From: Eledone cirrhosa
Lineage: Eukaryota
Direction: 5' to 3'
NCBI GenBank assembly: GCA_964016885.1
Contig: OZ024740.1
Span: 71,858,001-71,922,000 of the forward strand
DNA length: 64,000 nucleotides
The notes below the pieces were generated by a model that was not told where the DNA came from, ran no database searches, and was given only the letters and a program-made list of their open reading frames with translations. The position numbers and the translations under genes are program-made. Each line of letters begins with the position of its first letter. The first letter of the stretch is position 1. Below, one piece after another: positions 1 through 12,911 of the stretch.

Positions 1-271
1 TGCAACACGAATTGGCGCAAAACTTATTTTAATACCGCTGGAACCACTTTTTTAACATAAAAACAGGTAGAATTTCCAAAACTAATCAGATCAGAGCAAA
101 CATCACGGACGCTCTATCTCAAAATTATTTTTGAAAAGCATTAGAAATGCGCAACCGGTAAAACTTAAAACCAAAGCTGAATACTAACCAATACTATTAC
201 TGATTCTCACTTATTCCTAATTAAACTATTTTTCACTGTGAACAATTTGTCAGCATTTTCTTTTCCGTTTA

Positions 272-311
<40 letters not shown>

Positions 312-359
312 ATTATATATATATATATATATATTTGATTATATATATATATATTTGAT

Positions 360-390
<31 letters not shown>

Positions 391-575
391 ATAGCGAAGG
401 AGTTGTGGTAAGGAACCAGATGAACCATAACGCACCAGAGTACTCAATACTTAGGGTAGTAGAGTGGGTAATAGGAGAAAGTATGACCCCGACGGCAGAG
501 CTCAAGCCGTTTCAACGGCTATTTCTGGACTATGTGTATATATATATATATATCATCATCATCATCATCATCATT

Positions 576-2864
576 TTACGTCCGCTTTTCCCTGCTTGCA
601 AGGGTGGGACGGGTCTTATTCAGCACAGCATCTCTCCACTCGTCACGGTCCCTCGTCATCTCCACCGTGAGCTTCAATGATCTGAGGTCTGTTCTCACCA
701 CCTCCGCCCATGTTTTTTGTGGTCTACCTCTACCACGTCTTCCTTCAACTGGCAATTCCTGGCACTTCTTCACCCATCGGTCATCCTCCATGCACATCAC
801 ATGTCCATACCACCTCAGTCTCCTCTCCCGTACACTACATTCTATCCCTCTCAGACATAGTTTCTCTCTCAACACATTTATGCTGGGTCGTTCACGCACA
901 TTTACACTGCACATCCAACGGAGCATGCTTGCCTCATTTCTCTCCAGCCGTCGCATATCCTCTGCAGTTGCTGCCCATGTCTCACTACCATGCAGCATCG
1001 CGCTCCTCACACAGGCATCATACAACCAGCCTTTCGTACGCAGGGAGAAACCCTTCTTCGTCAACAGAGGAAGCAGCTCCCTAAACTTCTTCCAACCCGT
1101 CCTTATTCTAGATACTATGGCCTTGGAACACCCTCCTCCCTTGCTAATCTGATCTCCTAGGTACCGGAAGCTATCCACCACTTCTATAGCGCCCTCCTGC
1201 ATTTGATAAATGTGTCTATCAATGCGACTTCTACTGTCTAATTTCCCTGTACATCTACTGCATACATATTTCTCCCTACCTGTTAGTTTGCCTGCTATCC
1301 CGCTACATCTCTTGTGTACCCAGGATCTGCATTGTGTGCATTTTATAGAATTTATGCCAGTTCCTTTTCTGCATATCGAACATGGCCATTTCCCTGATGG
1401 AATCAGGGTTTTGTCCTCTTTTCTACTCATCAACACTTTTGTCTTAGCTAGATTCACTCTCAGTCCTCTTGCTTCCAACTGCTGTTTCCATAGCCAGAAT
1501 TTATTCTCCAGCTCCTCTACTGATTCTGCTATAAGAACCAGATCGTCAGCATAGAGAAGTTCCCATGGACAGTCAGTCTTAAACTCCTCTGTTATGGCTT
1601 GGAGGACTATAATGAACAAGAGCGGGCTGAGGACCGAACCCTGATGTACTCCTACTTGTATCTGGAATTCCTCACTAAACTCCATTCCTACCCTGACTTT
1701 ACTGAGAGTACCTCTGTACAAAGTTTGCACTGTCCTCACAAGCCATTCCTCAACACCTAGCTTCCTTAGAGACCACCAGATGACAGATCGGGGTACCATA
1801 TCAAAGGCCTTCTCTAGGTCAACAAAGGCTAAGTATAGTGGCTTATTCTTCTCTAAGAACCTCTCTTGCAATTGTCTCACCAAGAAGAGGGCATCTGTTT
1901 TACTCTTCCCAGGCACAAAACCCAACTGCATCTCCTCTAGTTTGACCCTTTCTCTAATTAGTTGTGCTAAAATCCTTTCTGCCACTTTCATAACCTGATC
2001 TATCAGTTTTATACCCCTATAATTGCTCCTCTCCAAAGCATCCCCTTTACCTTTGTAGCAATTTATAAGTATACTGCTGCACCAGTCTTTGGGTATGACA
2101 CCACCAAATATAGCCTGATTGATGATGCGTGCAACCAGTTTAGTGCCTACGGCCCCTGATGCCTTCAGCATCTCAGCAACTATTCCCGATGGACCGGCAG
2201 CCTTACCATTTTTCATTTCCCTAATCGCCTCTTGGACCCTATATTCGTCAATCTCAATAGCTGGTCCCTCTATCGGATCTACCAAGGGTAATTTCTCTCT
2301 CTCCCATTCGTTCTCCACATTCATCAGTCTCTCATAATGACATTTCCAGGCCTCCTTTTTCTGATCATTTGTGACACTAAGTACACCGGCATCATCCCGG
2401 ACACATTTATCTCCAACAACATCCAGATTTGCATTGACACACTGCCTTGCAATGTGGAACACCGCACGCCTCTGATCTTCCCGTCTCAGAATATTGGCAA
2501 ACCTCCTACTCTCTGCCTCCCTGCATGCTAAGTACACCTGACGTCTAGCTTCTCTCTTAGTGGCTGTATATTCTTCCCTACTCCCACCCTTTTTCCAAGC
2601 GTTCCATGCTAGTCTTTTGTCTCTAATAGCCTTATCTACTGTGCTGTTCCACCACCAGGTCACTCTCTGTCTGGTTGGAGCTCTGCTCCAGCCACAAGTT
2701 TCATCAGTAGCCTGCAGCAAGTTGTCACGTAAGAAATTCCAGTTATTATCTATGTCATACGTCTCTAAATCGTCTTCTTTTTCGTCATATACATCTTGAA
2801 GGGCTTTCCTAAATTTGTATTTTAGTGAAAGGTCTTTTAGCTTCCAGACCTTTCTTCTCCACAC
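576..2864 (-). CDS. RTE reverse transcriptase (linker, RT with inserted PHD-like finger, C-terminal region)
   Basis: Motifs NYRGIKL, FVDLEKAFD, GVHQGSVLSPLLF, LLYADD, FRYLG, RRLRWYGHV, GRP. Confidence 0.95.
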   Translation of the reverse strand: MWRRKVWKLKDLSLKYKFRKALQDVYDEKEDDLETYDIDNNWNFLRDNLLQATDETCGWSRAPTRQRVTWWWNSTVDKAIRDKRLAWNAWKKGGSREEYTATKREARRQVYLACREAESRRFANILRREDQRRAVFHIARQCVNANLDVVGDKCVRDDAGVLSVTNDQKKEAWKCHYERLMNVENEWEREKLPLVDPIEGPAIEIDEYRVQEAIREMKNGKAAGPSGIVAEMLKASGAVGTKLVARIINQAIFGGVIPKDWCSSILINCYKGKGDALERSNYRGIKLIDQVMKVAERILAQLIRERVKLEEMQLGFVPGKSKTDALFLVRQLQERFLEKNKPLYLAFVDLEKAFDMVPRSVIWWSLRKLGVEEWLVRTVQTLYRGTLSKVRVGMEFSEEFQIQVGVHQGSVLSPLLFIIVLQAITEEFKTDCPWELLYADDLVLIAESVEELENKFWLWKQQLEARGLRVNLAKTKVLMSRKEDKTLIPSGKWPCSICRKGTGINSIKCTQCRSWVHKRCSGIAGKLTGREKYVCSRCTGKLDSRSRIDRHIYQMQEGAIEVVDSFRYLGDQISKGGGCSKAIVSRIRTGWKKFRELLPLLTKKGFSLRTKGWLYDACVRSAMLHGSETWAATAEDMRRLERNEASMLRWMCSVNVRERPSINVLREKLCLRGIECSVRERRLRWYGHVMCMEDDRWVKKCQELPVEGRRGRGRPQKTWAEVVRTDLRSLKLTVEMTRDRDEWRDAVLNKTRPTLASREKRT

Positions 2865-2919
2865 CTTCCTATATGTCTCATTCCATCTCTTGCTTACTGA
2901 GATATCACTAACAACTAAC

Positions 2920-3645
2920 CTATGCTGTGGGGGTACATTCTTCCCCAGGGTATGCCTTGGTATTAGACACTATCTGCCTGTCCCGCTGCCTAACTAGCAA
3001 GAAGTCAATCTGGCTTATGTGCTCACCAGATTTGTAGGTTATTAGGTGATTGGCAGGTTTCTGGAAGTTTGTGTTGCAAATAGTCAATGTACTTGCATCA
3101 CAAAATTCAAGAAGTCTCACTCCTTCTTCATTTCTTGAACCGTAACCGTGCCCACCATGTACCCCAGTGTAACCATCCTGGAGCTGTCCAACATGACCAT
3201 TGAAGTCTCCTGCTAGCATAACGATGTCTCCGTCCTCTGTCATTGTGGTTGTTTGCAAAAGTTGCTCATAAAAGCAGTCTTTCACATCTTTGCCTAGGCC
3301 TGCTTGGGGAGCATAGGCCGAGATGATTGTCAGTAGTCTCCTACCTACAACTAATCTAAGCTTAATTATTCGATTACTAACTCGAACTACCTCTATTGTC
3401 TTATTGATCCATTTCTCAGCCAGGAAAATGCCTACTCCCCCTAACCCATCATCCTTACCTACCCAGAATAGCTTATAGCTAAGACGTTTGCCTACAACTA
3501 GTCTCGCAGAGGCACCTCTCCATCTCACCTCTTGCACACAGCACACATCCACCTGCCTTCTCTCCAGCATCTCCGCTATTTCAGCAGATCTACCTCTGAG
3601 AGTGCCAACATTAAGTGTTGCAGCTCTGAGATGCGACGTCTTCAT
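2920..3645 (-). CDS. RTE APE-type endonuclease, split from the RT by a +1 frameshift in a G-run at ~2929
   Basis: Motifs TLNV, VQE, SAYAP, GDFNGHVG, ICNTNFQK, SQIDF. Confidence 0.93.
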   Translation of the reverse strand: MKTSHLRAATLNVGTLRGRSAEIAEMLERRQVDVCCVQEVRWRGASARLVVGKRLSYKLFWVGKDDGLGGVGIFLAEKWINKTIEVVRVSNRIIKLRLVVGRRLLTIISAYAPQAGLGKDVKDCFYEQLLQTTTMTEDGDIVMLAGDFNGHVGQLQDGYTGVHGGHGYGSRNEEGVRLLEFCDASTLTICNTNFQKPANHLITYKSGEHISQIDFLLVRQRDRQIVSNTKAYPGEECTPTA

Positions 3646-4160
3646 ATTTTGTTGTTGTTCCTATTTGTTGCTGTGCTGATAAGCGTTTTGGCATTGATAC
3701 ACTGGTTGGATGCCCTTCCTAACACCAGCGCCACTTTACAACATGGATTGGGTGCTTTTATTTGTGCCACCAGCACTAGAGAGGATGTCTTACTAGACTC
3801 AAGGGCCCTCTCTACCCCTCCATTTTACAGCATGGTCATTAAAAAAACAAAACAAAAAAAACACAACTTATTGACACGACGTACACACACACACTCACAC
3901 ACCAACACTCATGCATACAATCACACACACCACTCACAAACGCACACATATATATATATTACCGACAGTACTGATACAAATACAAAATCAAAATCAAAAT
4001 CAAAATATATATATATATATGTATATGTATAAGTTATATTTAATTTGTTGGAATTCTGACAAACATAAATGTTTATAACTGATATAGAGCACTCAACAAA
4101 TTACTGGAGTAAATATTCCAAGATATTAATAAATGGAAACTATATTTATAAAACCATATT

Positions 4161-4226
4161 TATTTTATTATATATATTTCAAGGGCGACCAAGCCAATTC
4201 TTGGTGCACTTTCATCAGATAAAATA
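4161..4226 (-). ncRNA. Minimal type I hammerhead ribozyme motif
   Basis: Minus strand: TATTTTAT-CTGATGA-[AAGTGCACCAAG/CTTGGTCGCCCTT stem II]-GAAA-TATATA-TA-ATAAAATA; 8-bp stem I, palindromic stem III. Confidence 0.85.
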
Positions 4227-4329
4227 CAAAATTTGTTTTATAAATAATGACATACCCATGGAAATCAACCTTAACGGTCGGAAATTCGCTATATGGTTTT
4301 ATAAATATAGTTTCCATTTATTAATATCT

Positions 4330-4366
<37 letters not shown>

Positions 4367-4369
<3 letters not shown>

Positions 4370-4428
4370 TCTTTTACTCTTTTACCTGTTTCAGCCATCC
4401 GGCTGAGGCCATGCTGGGGCACCGCCCT
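4367..4428 (-). mobile_element. 3' tail of a CR1-like LINE with GTAAAAGA repeats
   Basis: Same tail at ~36970-37025 (attached to a CR1-like C-terminus) and ~55410-55460. Confidence 0.65.
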
Positions 4429-4534
4429 TGATATATATATATATTTTTTTTTTTAATCTTTAAATGGCAATGCTCCAACACGAGTTTGCAGCCATCATAT
4501 ATGTATATAAATGTGTGTGTATATATATATATAA

Positions 4535-4579
<45 letters not shown>

Positions 4580-4584
<5 letters not shown>

Positions 4585-7500
4585 CGTCCATTTTCCACAT
4601 TAACATGATTTAGAGGCAAGCCGGATCAGGTAACCATGTCTTGCTCATACAGAACTGCTTCTGGCCTGGTTTCTACAGCTGGATGCCCTTCCTAGCACCA
4701 ACCACTGAGTGTGCTGTGTGCTTTTTGTCATGAAACATACACAACCAATTTACAGTGTAGGTTGGGTGCTTTTTGTCATCCCAACATGACCACTTTACAG
4801 TGGGAACTTTAGTGGGGGAAGTGTGAGGATTGGGGAGGCAGGTATAGGGGCTGTGTGAGGAGTGTAGTGTTAAGACATGGGAGGTGTGTGGGGGGGAAGG
4901 TAGTGCATACTAGAGGTATGCTTCGGCCTGTGCTTATGGGAAGGCAGGTCTTTTATATTACTGCATAATGCCAATGATTTTGGTCCTGTCATCGCTTTGA
5001 GAGGTGCAATTGTGCATGGTCAGCTTTTATCACTTCATTCCAAGTCTTTGTATTCCATGGCTTCCATCAACTTTGAGCGCTCTGCACCTTTTTATACAAC
5101 TGTCATCCTTCATATCTATCACATGTATATACCAATGCAATCTCCTCTCCTGCACACTGAATCTGATCCCTCTTATGCCTAATTTCTCTGTCAGTTCATT
5201 TATGCTTTGTTGTTTGTATATATGACTATTACACATCCATCGGAGCATGCAAGCTTCATTTCTTTCCAATCTTCACAGTTCCTCTACACACAGTACCCAG
5301 GTATCACTACCATGCAACATTGTTGTTTGTCTACATGCATCCTACAATTTGTCCTTCCTTTTGAGGAAAACACCTTTTGTAGCTAGCAGTGGTAGTAGCT
5401 CCCTGAATTTTCTTCATCCTATTCTTATGTTGGCTACTGTACTTTCAGAACACCCTCCTCCACTGCTAATTTGATCACCTAGGTAACAGAAACTGTCGAC
5501 TATTTCTACAGAGCTTTCTGGGCATTTGAGAGAGCTAGTATCCTCTGGGCTCTTGCTACTTACTGCACTTGTGCATTCGCCACATATAAAACCTTCATTC
5601 TTTGATAGCCTGCCTGTGATCTCACTACATATTTTATGTACCTATAGCTTGCATTTGGGACATAGGATGGAATTTCTACCTACTCATTTTCTGCACACTG
5701 AACAAGGCTATTTCCCTGAGGGAATCTGGGCCCTGTTTTCTATTCTATTTACTAGGACCTTAGTCTTTGCCAAGTTGACTTTAAGACCTTTTGATTCTAG
5801 GCCATGCTTCCAGGCTTGGAATTTCTTTTTAATTCTACTATAGATTCAGCTATAAGTGTTAGATCATCTCCATACAGAAGTTCCCATAGGGTAGCCAGTC
5901 TTAAACTCTTCTGTTATAGCCTGTAGGACGATAATGAACTGGAGAGGGCTAAGGATGGAGCCCTGATGGACACCTACCTGCACACTAAATTTTTCACTAT
6001 AGTTATTATTAATTCTAACCTTGCTGACTGTTCATCTATATATGGCTTGTATAGCTCTCACAAGCCACTCATCTACTCCTAGGTTCTAAGATTCTGTCAA
6101 AGTCTTTCTCCAGGTCAACAAAAGCTAAGTAGAAGGGTTTACTTTTAGCTAGGTACTTTTTCTGCATTTGCTTCACATGGAAGAGGGCATCCATAGTACT
6201 TTTACCTGGCACAAATTCAAACTGCATTTCATTTAGGTTAACTCAGTCCCTAATCAGCTGTGCAATAACTCTGTGTGACCTTTATGACCTGGTCAACCAG
6301 CTTAATGCCTCTATAGTTTCTCTGTTGTTGGGTATGACACCGTTTTGTATTACTTGATTTACAATATGTGTGGCCATGCAGTGATCCGTCATCCCAGATG
6401 CTTTCAGCATCTCAGGAACTATTCCCGAAGGTGCATCTGCCTTGTCTGTCTTCATATCCTTGATTGCCTTACTATACTGCTACTCACTTGTACAGCCAGT
6501 CCCTTTGTTGGATCTATTAGAGGCAGACTATCTTCTTCCCATTCATTCTCCTCATTTAGTAGTCTTTCATAGTGGCACTTCCATGCTACCTTCTTTTCAG
6601 CATCTGTGAGGGCAAGTATTCCATTATCATCACAGGCATACTTCTCCCCAATGAGATCATAATTTTCCCTGACACACTGCCTCACAATCCTAAATACCTC
6701 ACGACTTTGGTCCTTATGCTGCGAAACATGTTTAAATTTTTTATTTTCTGCTTCCTTTCTTGCAAGGTATACTTATTGCCTAGCTTCTCTGATAGTGTTC
6801 GCTAATCCCCCCCCCCCCCCCATCCTGCCATTTTTCCATGCCTGTCTTTTGGCTTTAATTGTCTCATCCACCATACTGTTCCTCCTCCAAGTCACTCTCC
6901 TCACTAGAGATCTGCTCCAATAACAGATTTTGTTTGTCTCCTTCAGTAGGTTATCTTTCAGGAATCCCACTGCTCATCTATATTGTATGTCTCTATTTGA
7001 TCTTCCTTACTGTCAAAAGCATCAAACAACATGCCTCTAAATTTGTTACTGGCTATGGGATCCTTTAATTTCTATATTCTTTTCCTCGAGGTCATGCTCT
7101 GTCGTTGAATTTGTTTAGCCCTAACTATAAGGTTGCTAACTACTAGGTAATGTTGGGATGTGCATTCTTCACAAGGGAGGGACTTAGTATTTACAACTGT
7201 GTCCCTCTGTCTTGTCTTCTGGTAAGGATAAAATATATCTGGTTGGTATGCTCTCTCGATCTATAGGTGATCAAGTGATTATCACGTTTTTTTTAAGTTA
7301 AAAAAATGGGTCAGATAAATAGGCCATTGGCATCACAGAATTCCAGAAGCCTAAAACCTCCCTCACTTCAAGCAACAAACCCATAACTCCCATGGATATC
7401 ATAGAAGCCATCACAGTGTTGCCCAACATGCCCATTAAAGTCACCTGCAATGATTATGAAGTCTCCATCACTTATCTGGGAAGTAGTATGCATCAGGGAC

Positions 7501-7820
7501 TCATAAAATCTGTCTTTTAGTACATCCGGTAGACCAGATTAGGGTGCATAAGTAGATATAATTGACATGGTTGTTCTATTTAGTACTAATATAATTTTAA
7601 TGATTCTGCTGTTCACTCTATTTACAGAAATTACCTTATCTACCATTTTTCTGCTAACATGATCCCTATTCCACCCAACCCATTGTTATTTCCCACCCAG
7701 GAAAATTTGTAGCATCGTTTTTTGCCCACAAACAGTCTAGCTGACCTTCCCTCCATCTAGTCTCTTTCGTTCAAGCAACTCTACAATCTCTCCTGATCAT
7801 CCTTTCATTGTGCCTATATT
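4580..7820 (-). mobile_element. Degenerate, near full-length RTE LINE with extended 3' module
   Basis: Fragmented EN and RT similarity (ERNEACMLRWMC, WKCHYERLLNEEN); many stops and indels. Confidence 0.9.
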
Positions 7821-8619
7821 GTGATACCAGCTCTGAATTTACGGAATTCACCAGAATTGGATGCTTTCATTGTGATTACTGAGCTTTGGTTTCTGGGTCA
7901 CACCCATACACCCATGTTTAATTCCCAGTTATCACAGCATTTGGGAACTCACATTGTCTCCCTAATGTCATTACTTCCCACAGAAAAAAAAAGCTGGATA
8001 TTTTTTTAACAGAACTCATATACTTTACATCTTAATCAGCACTACTAACAACAACAAAGGCCATTTTCACTGTTAAAACAAGGGTTATCCTTGCAGGCCT
8101 CATGACAGTCTTCATGTCCATCATGGGGTCTATTGGGGGCAATGTTTTATGGCTGGATTCCTTTCTTGGCATTAATCCTTTTAGTTGCCTTTTACAACAT
8201 GCAGGAATATGGTGTACCTATTATAAACCAGACACACACAACTTGAAATCTTAACCATTGCTCAAAATATTTCCCACATTCTAATTACAGACACTATTTA
8301 ATGGTGCATTCTTTTTTTTACTCATGTCTCATGTTAATACATAATAAGCAGCTGTCTTTTCTATATATAATCTGTCTCTTTCTCTCTATATAATGACAAT
8401 ACTATTATCCTATATGCATAATTTTTTTCTTTGAGATGAGAAAATAATCAATTTGGTCTGTATAACTTCCAGTAGGCTCTTTCAAAATATTGAGTTATAT
8501 TCTTTTCTGTTCTCATTATATCATAACCAGGTGGAAAACTTTTGGAGTCATTAGTACATTAGATAGAATGCTTTGCAGTATTATTATTATTCCTGCTCTT
8601 TGCAATCTGAGTTGGAATT

Positions 8620-9100
8620 CTATTAGGTCTGGAGGAATGGCTTTAATATCTTTGCAGGCCAATTGACCTGTTAGATTTGGAGGAAGGGGCTGCAATCTTT
8701 GTAGGCTCATTGACCTGTTAGATCTGGAGGAAGAGGTTGCAATCTTTGTAGGCCCTTTGATTTGTTAGATCTGGAGAAAGGGGTTGGTTGTGATCTTTGT
8801 AGGCCCATTGACCTGTTAGATCTGGAGGAAGGGGTTGCAATCTTTGTAGGCCCTTTGATTTGTTAGACTTGGAGGAAGGGGTTGTGATCTTTGTAGACCT
8901 TCTGATCTGTTAGATCTGGAGGAAGGGGTTGTGATCTTTGTAGGCCCTTTGATCAGTTAGATCTGGAGGAAGGGGCTGTGATCTTTGCAGGCCCTCTGAT
9001 CTGTTAGATCTGGAGGAAGAGGCTGTGATCTTTGTAGATCTTCTGATCTGTTAGGTATGAAAGATGGTCTTTTGTTCTGTTAGGTCTGAAGGAAGTGATT
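8620..9100. repeat. ~47-bp minisatellite, about 9 copies
   Basis: Unit approx. TTGACCTGTTAGATCTGGAGGAAGGGGTTGCAATCTTTGTAGGCCC. Confidence 0.9.
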
Positions 9101-9639
9101 GTGCTCCTGACCCTTGCAGGATCTCTGAGACCGAATATAGCAACAACAGATGAAAAACAGATTCAAGAGAAACTGAGGGTAGTCTACATCGTCATCATCA
9201 TTACCACCGCCACCGCCACCACCACCACCATAGTTCTCAGGGAGATTTAGCATGACACAGGTTACATATACAAATCACTTTTGTCAGCTGGGTGAACTGG
9301 AGCAACGTGAAATGAAATATCTTGCTCAAGAAGACAATGACCATACAACCGTAGTCCAAACACCTTAATCACTGAGCCACACGCCTTCACATCTCAGTAC
9401 TGAAATAATATATATTTTTTAAATCCTTAAAATTCTTTTTATTAATTAATTAAAATAGAATGCATTTCGTTAGGAATATGGCTAGGAGAAGATGAAAGGT
9501 CCGCCCCAAGCCTAGAAGCTCATTAAAATGAATCTTATTTCGACCATTTCCAGAAGGAATAAAAGTAAAAGCTGTCGTTTGGTGGAAATTAACCAATATT
9601 CATGTTAAATTGATTATACAGCAAACATTACGTCATGAG

Positions 9640-9980
9640 TTCACTCCCCTGAGTGCCATACATTCCCGCCGAGGTTGACTTTGCCTTTCATCCTTACGGG
9701 GTCGATAAAATAAAGTACCAGTAATGCACTGGATAATTGCTGGCCTTGTGCCTAAAGTAGAAACAATTATTATAGTATATCACGGACGGTGGATTGGCAG
9801 TATCGGTAGAGGGTCTGACGCCATGCTTTGCAGTAAAGAGTTACGGCCCTTTATGGTCTGAGTTCAAATCCCGCCGAGGTTAACTTTGCCTTTCATCCTT
9901 ACGGGGTCGATAAAACAAAGTACCAGTAATGTACTGAGCAATTGCTGGCCTTGTTCCAAAAGTAGAAACAATTATTATAG
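9640..9980 (+). mobile_element. Two tandem tRNA-derived SINEs with Nin/Deu-like domain (first copy partial)
   Basis: A-box TGGCAGTATCGG, B-box GAGTTCAAATCC, core GCCTTTCATCCTTACGGGGTCGATAAA...GTACCAG, ATT tail. Confidence 0.85.
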
Positions 9981-10289
9981 TATATCACTAGGGTTCTTAT
10001 ATATTTGATATATATTTATCCTTATCGAGCCTCGTGAAATAAATACGTTTGTTTATATTATGTTATTGTGTATGTAAAAATATCTGTACACGAATATATA
10101 ATTATATATATATATATATAACAGTACAGAGAAGTACAGAATACTTTGGCCTCGGGATGGTGTCTACATTTTGCGCTTATAATTACAATTTCAATTAATT
10201 TACACTATTGATTTAACACATATTACCTCCCCTGAAAATATTTAGACTCCATTTGGCTTATCACGTGATAGTCATGCATGGTTGGGACA

Positions 10290-10346
10290 ATGTCTCGGAA
10301 TCATACACACATAAACCACACCTATACCACACAAACATACACACAC

Positions 10347-10389
<43 letters not shown>

Positions 10390-10785
10390 CATTTTCATAC
10401 ACAAACACAAACTGAAATATACATAGACAAACACACAAACATAAAGACACACTAACACACAGATACACAGAAACATCTATACACAAGCACCCTAATATAC
10501 ATACTCACGCATACACATATACATACACTAATAAATGCATTTATACATACTCTTTCATGCGCACACATATACACACATACATTTATACAAAAACATTTAT
10601 ACATACATACCATACAAACACACACTGAAATATACATAATACACTCACACAAATATCCCCTCCCTTTACATTCACACATAGACACACACACATGCACATG
10701 CAAATACTCACACATGTACATGTACACCCACACACATCCACACAAATACACATACACATGCATTCATGCACACACACACACATTG
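10290..10785. repeat. Degenerate (CA)n/(TA)n microsatellite
   Basis: Direct inspection. Confidence 0.9.
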
Positions 10786-12330
10786 TTGTCGGCACCCACT
10801 TGTGTCAGAGCACTGGGATCATCATGGTGGCAGTGGCAAACATGGTCGTGCAGGCCCAGTCTACTCCTAAAGAGTCGTGAGCAGGAGTCACAGGGGAGTT
10901 TTGGTGGTGGATGTGGTTGGGCAAGTGGGCCTTCCTTGCAGCATATCGCAGATCTTCTTCATGTTGACAGTTGGATTCAAAAATCTTGGCCTCTCCCGGA
11001 TGATCCTACACCAGGAAGGCTGATTTGCAGCAATGGTTTCCCTTATTTTAGGGTTGATGTTGGCTTGTGTCAGGGATGACTTTAACTGATCCTCGAAGCA
11101 TCATTTTAGATGATGTTGAAGGATGGTAGCCTTGATGCTGGGGCAAGATGCCTGGGAGAGGACCTCCATTTTGGTAATGCTGTCCTCCCAACTGATGTGG
11201 AGGTTTCTTCAGAGCTTCGTTTGCTGGAACCGATCTAGATGTTTGATATCCCAATGATGCAAGGTTCACATCTTGTAGGTGTACAGAAGGGTGGAGAGGA
11301 CTACTGCTCAAAACACCATGATTTTGGTTCTTATGGTGAGGCTGTGATTGCCGAAGAACCAGTGCAAGAGTTTTCCATACGCAGCATGAGCCACTTTTTT
11401 CCTGTTATCAAGGTCCACCTCACAGGTGATGCTGTTTGAGAAGATGCTGCCAAGGTGAGGAAATTTGCTGATGATTTCTACTGACTGTCTGTCGATATTG
11501 ATGTTGATGTCTGGTGTTGCTTGTCTAGGGGCTGGTTTGATGAGGATCTTCGTTTTTTTTACATTGACCTGCATCCTGAACCATTTGTATGCTTCATTGT
11601 ACAGGTTTTCTGATCTCTGGAGGTTGATGGTAGTCAGGTCCGTAGTTGCATTGTTGTCAGTATACTGAAGTTTTTGTAGGCGGGTGATGGTACTCTTTGA
11701 ATGAGAGCGAAGTTGGGTGAAATGCATAGTCTGCCATCAAGTCTATATCAGATGTCAATGCCATGGAGGATCTCGTTAATCATGATAGCAAGATATAGGG
11801 AGAAGAGTATTGGAGCCAACACACAGCCCTGCTTGAAGCCACTGGTGAGTGGAAAAGGGTCTGAGAGGGCACCCTGATGGTTCACCTGACCATCCATTCC
11901 ATCATGGAACATATGGATCAGAGACACAAAGTAGTCCGGGCAGCCAAAGTGGGTAAGAATGGCCCACATTGCTGGTCTTGGGACTTTGTTGAAGGCCTTC
12001 TGCAGATCCCAAAACATGAATATCAGTGGTTTCTGTTGCTCATGGCTTTTCTCCTAGAGCTGTCTCACATAAAAGACCATAATAGTACCTCTTGAAAGTC
12101 AGAACCCACATTGGGATTCTGGGAGGCACTCTTCTATTATGAGGAGGAGTTGATTCAGGGTTATTCATGAGAAGATCTTGCCAGCAATGCTTGGGAGGGA
12201 GACTGTGCGATAGTTTCTGCAGAGTGATCAGAGTGGTTTCCTTTCTTGAAAATTGTCACAATGTTGGCATTTTTGAAATCCTCAAGGATGGTTTTAACTT
12301 CCCAGAGGTTAACTCGCCTCTGGGACCCCC
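10785..12330 (-). mobile_element. Decayed RTE-BovB-like LINE RT fragment
   Basis: DLQKAFNKVPR, FGCP, GFKQGCVLAPILF, FPHLGS. Confidence 0.85.
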
Positions 12331-12911
12331 CATTATTGGAAGGTTCCCACCATTCTCCTGTCAAGTCAACGATGATAAACGTACATGCCACTTGACCTGT
12401 GACCCCAGCTTCCTTGGAGACGATATCCACATGGCTGATCATAAATCAACCTCATATACACATCCTTCTAACTATAGCATTATCATAAATACAAGGACTT
12501 AAGGAGTCCAGCAGCCAGAGAGACCGAAGCAAGCAGTCCGTGTTAAGGTTAATGATGTAGCAGACCTTTTAATTTTCTCTCTCCTGGTCTTACTGGCTCT
12601 CACCTTCTCAGCCACAGACACAGCCAGACATGAGGCAGCAGTGCTTGAAGGGAATAACGAATAATGTATACTAAGAATAGACACACACGCACACACCTAG
12701 TAAGTTCATCTATTCTTCTGTCTCCCTGTCATATTGTAACATCGAATTGATACATGCATTCACGCTAGCTCGAAGTAGCTAGCCAGCAAATTAATGTAGC
12801 AATAAATTCTGTCATATATTGTTATTGTAAAATAAACATTGTCAACATCACAATCATGGCATTATTCTTTTCATCAAACACCCATCAAATAATAACATTT
12901 ATCTGCTACTC

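Larger units (their letters stand above)
553..3790 (-). mobile_element. RTE-clade LINE, family A, near full length, one frameshift
   Basis: APE endonuclease ORF followed by RT ORF; (ATG)n tail abutting (TA)n at ~553; 5' UTR with GGAAGGGCATCCA motif at ~3706-3718. Confidence 0.95.

Noticed and set aside
532-1152. 206-aa plus-strand ORF and similar ones at 18177, 38126, 39365 and 39851
   Set aside because: Antisense shadows of RTE coding sequence
9784-9880. tRNA gene
   Set aside because: A and B boxes belong to multi-copy SINE heads; no full cloverleaf
12340-12900. Possible solo LTR
   Set aside because: Has AATAAA and LTR-like composition, but no clear TG..CA termini with TSD
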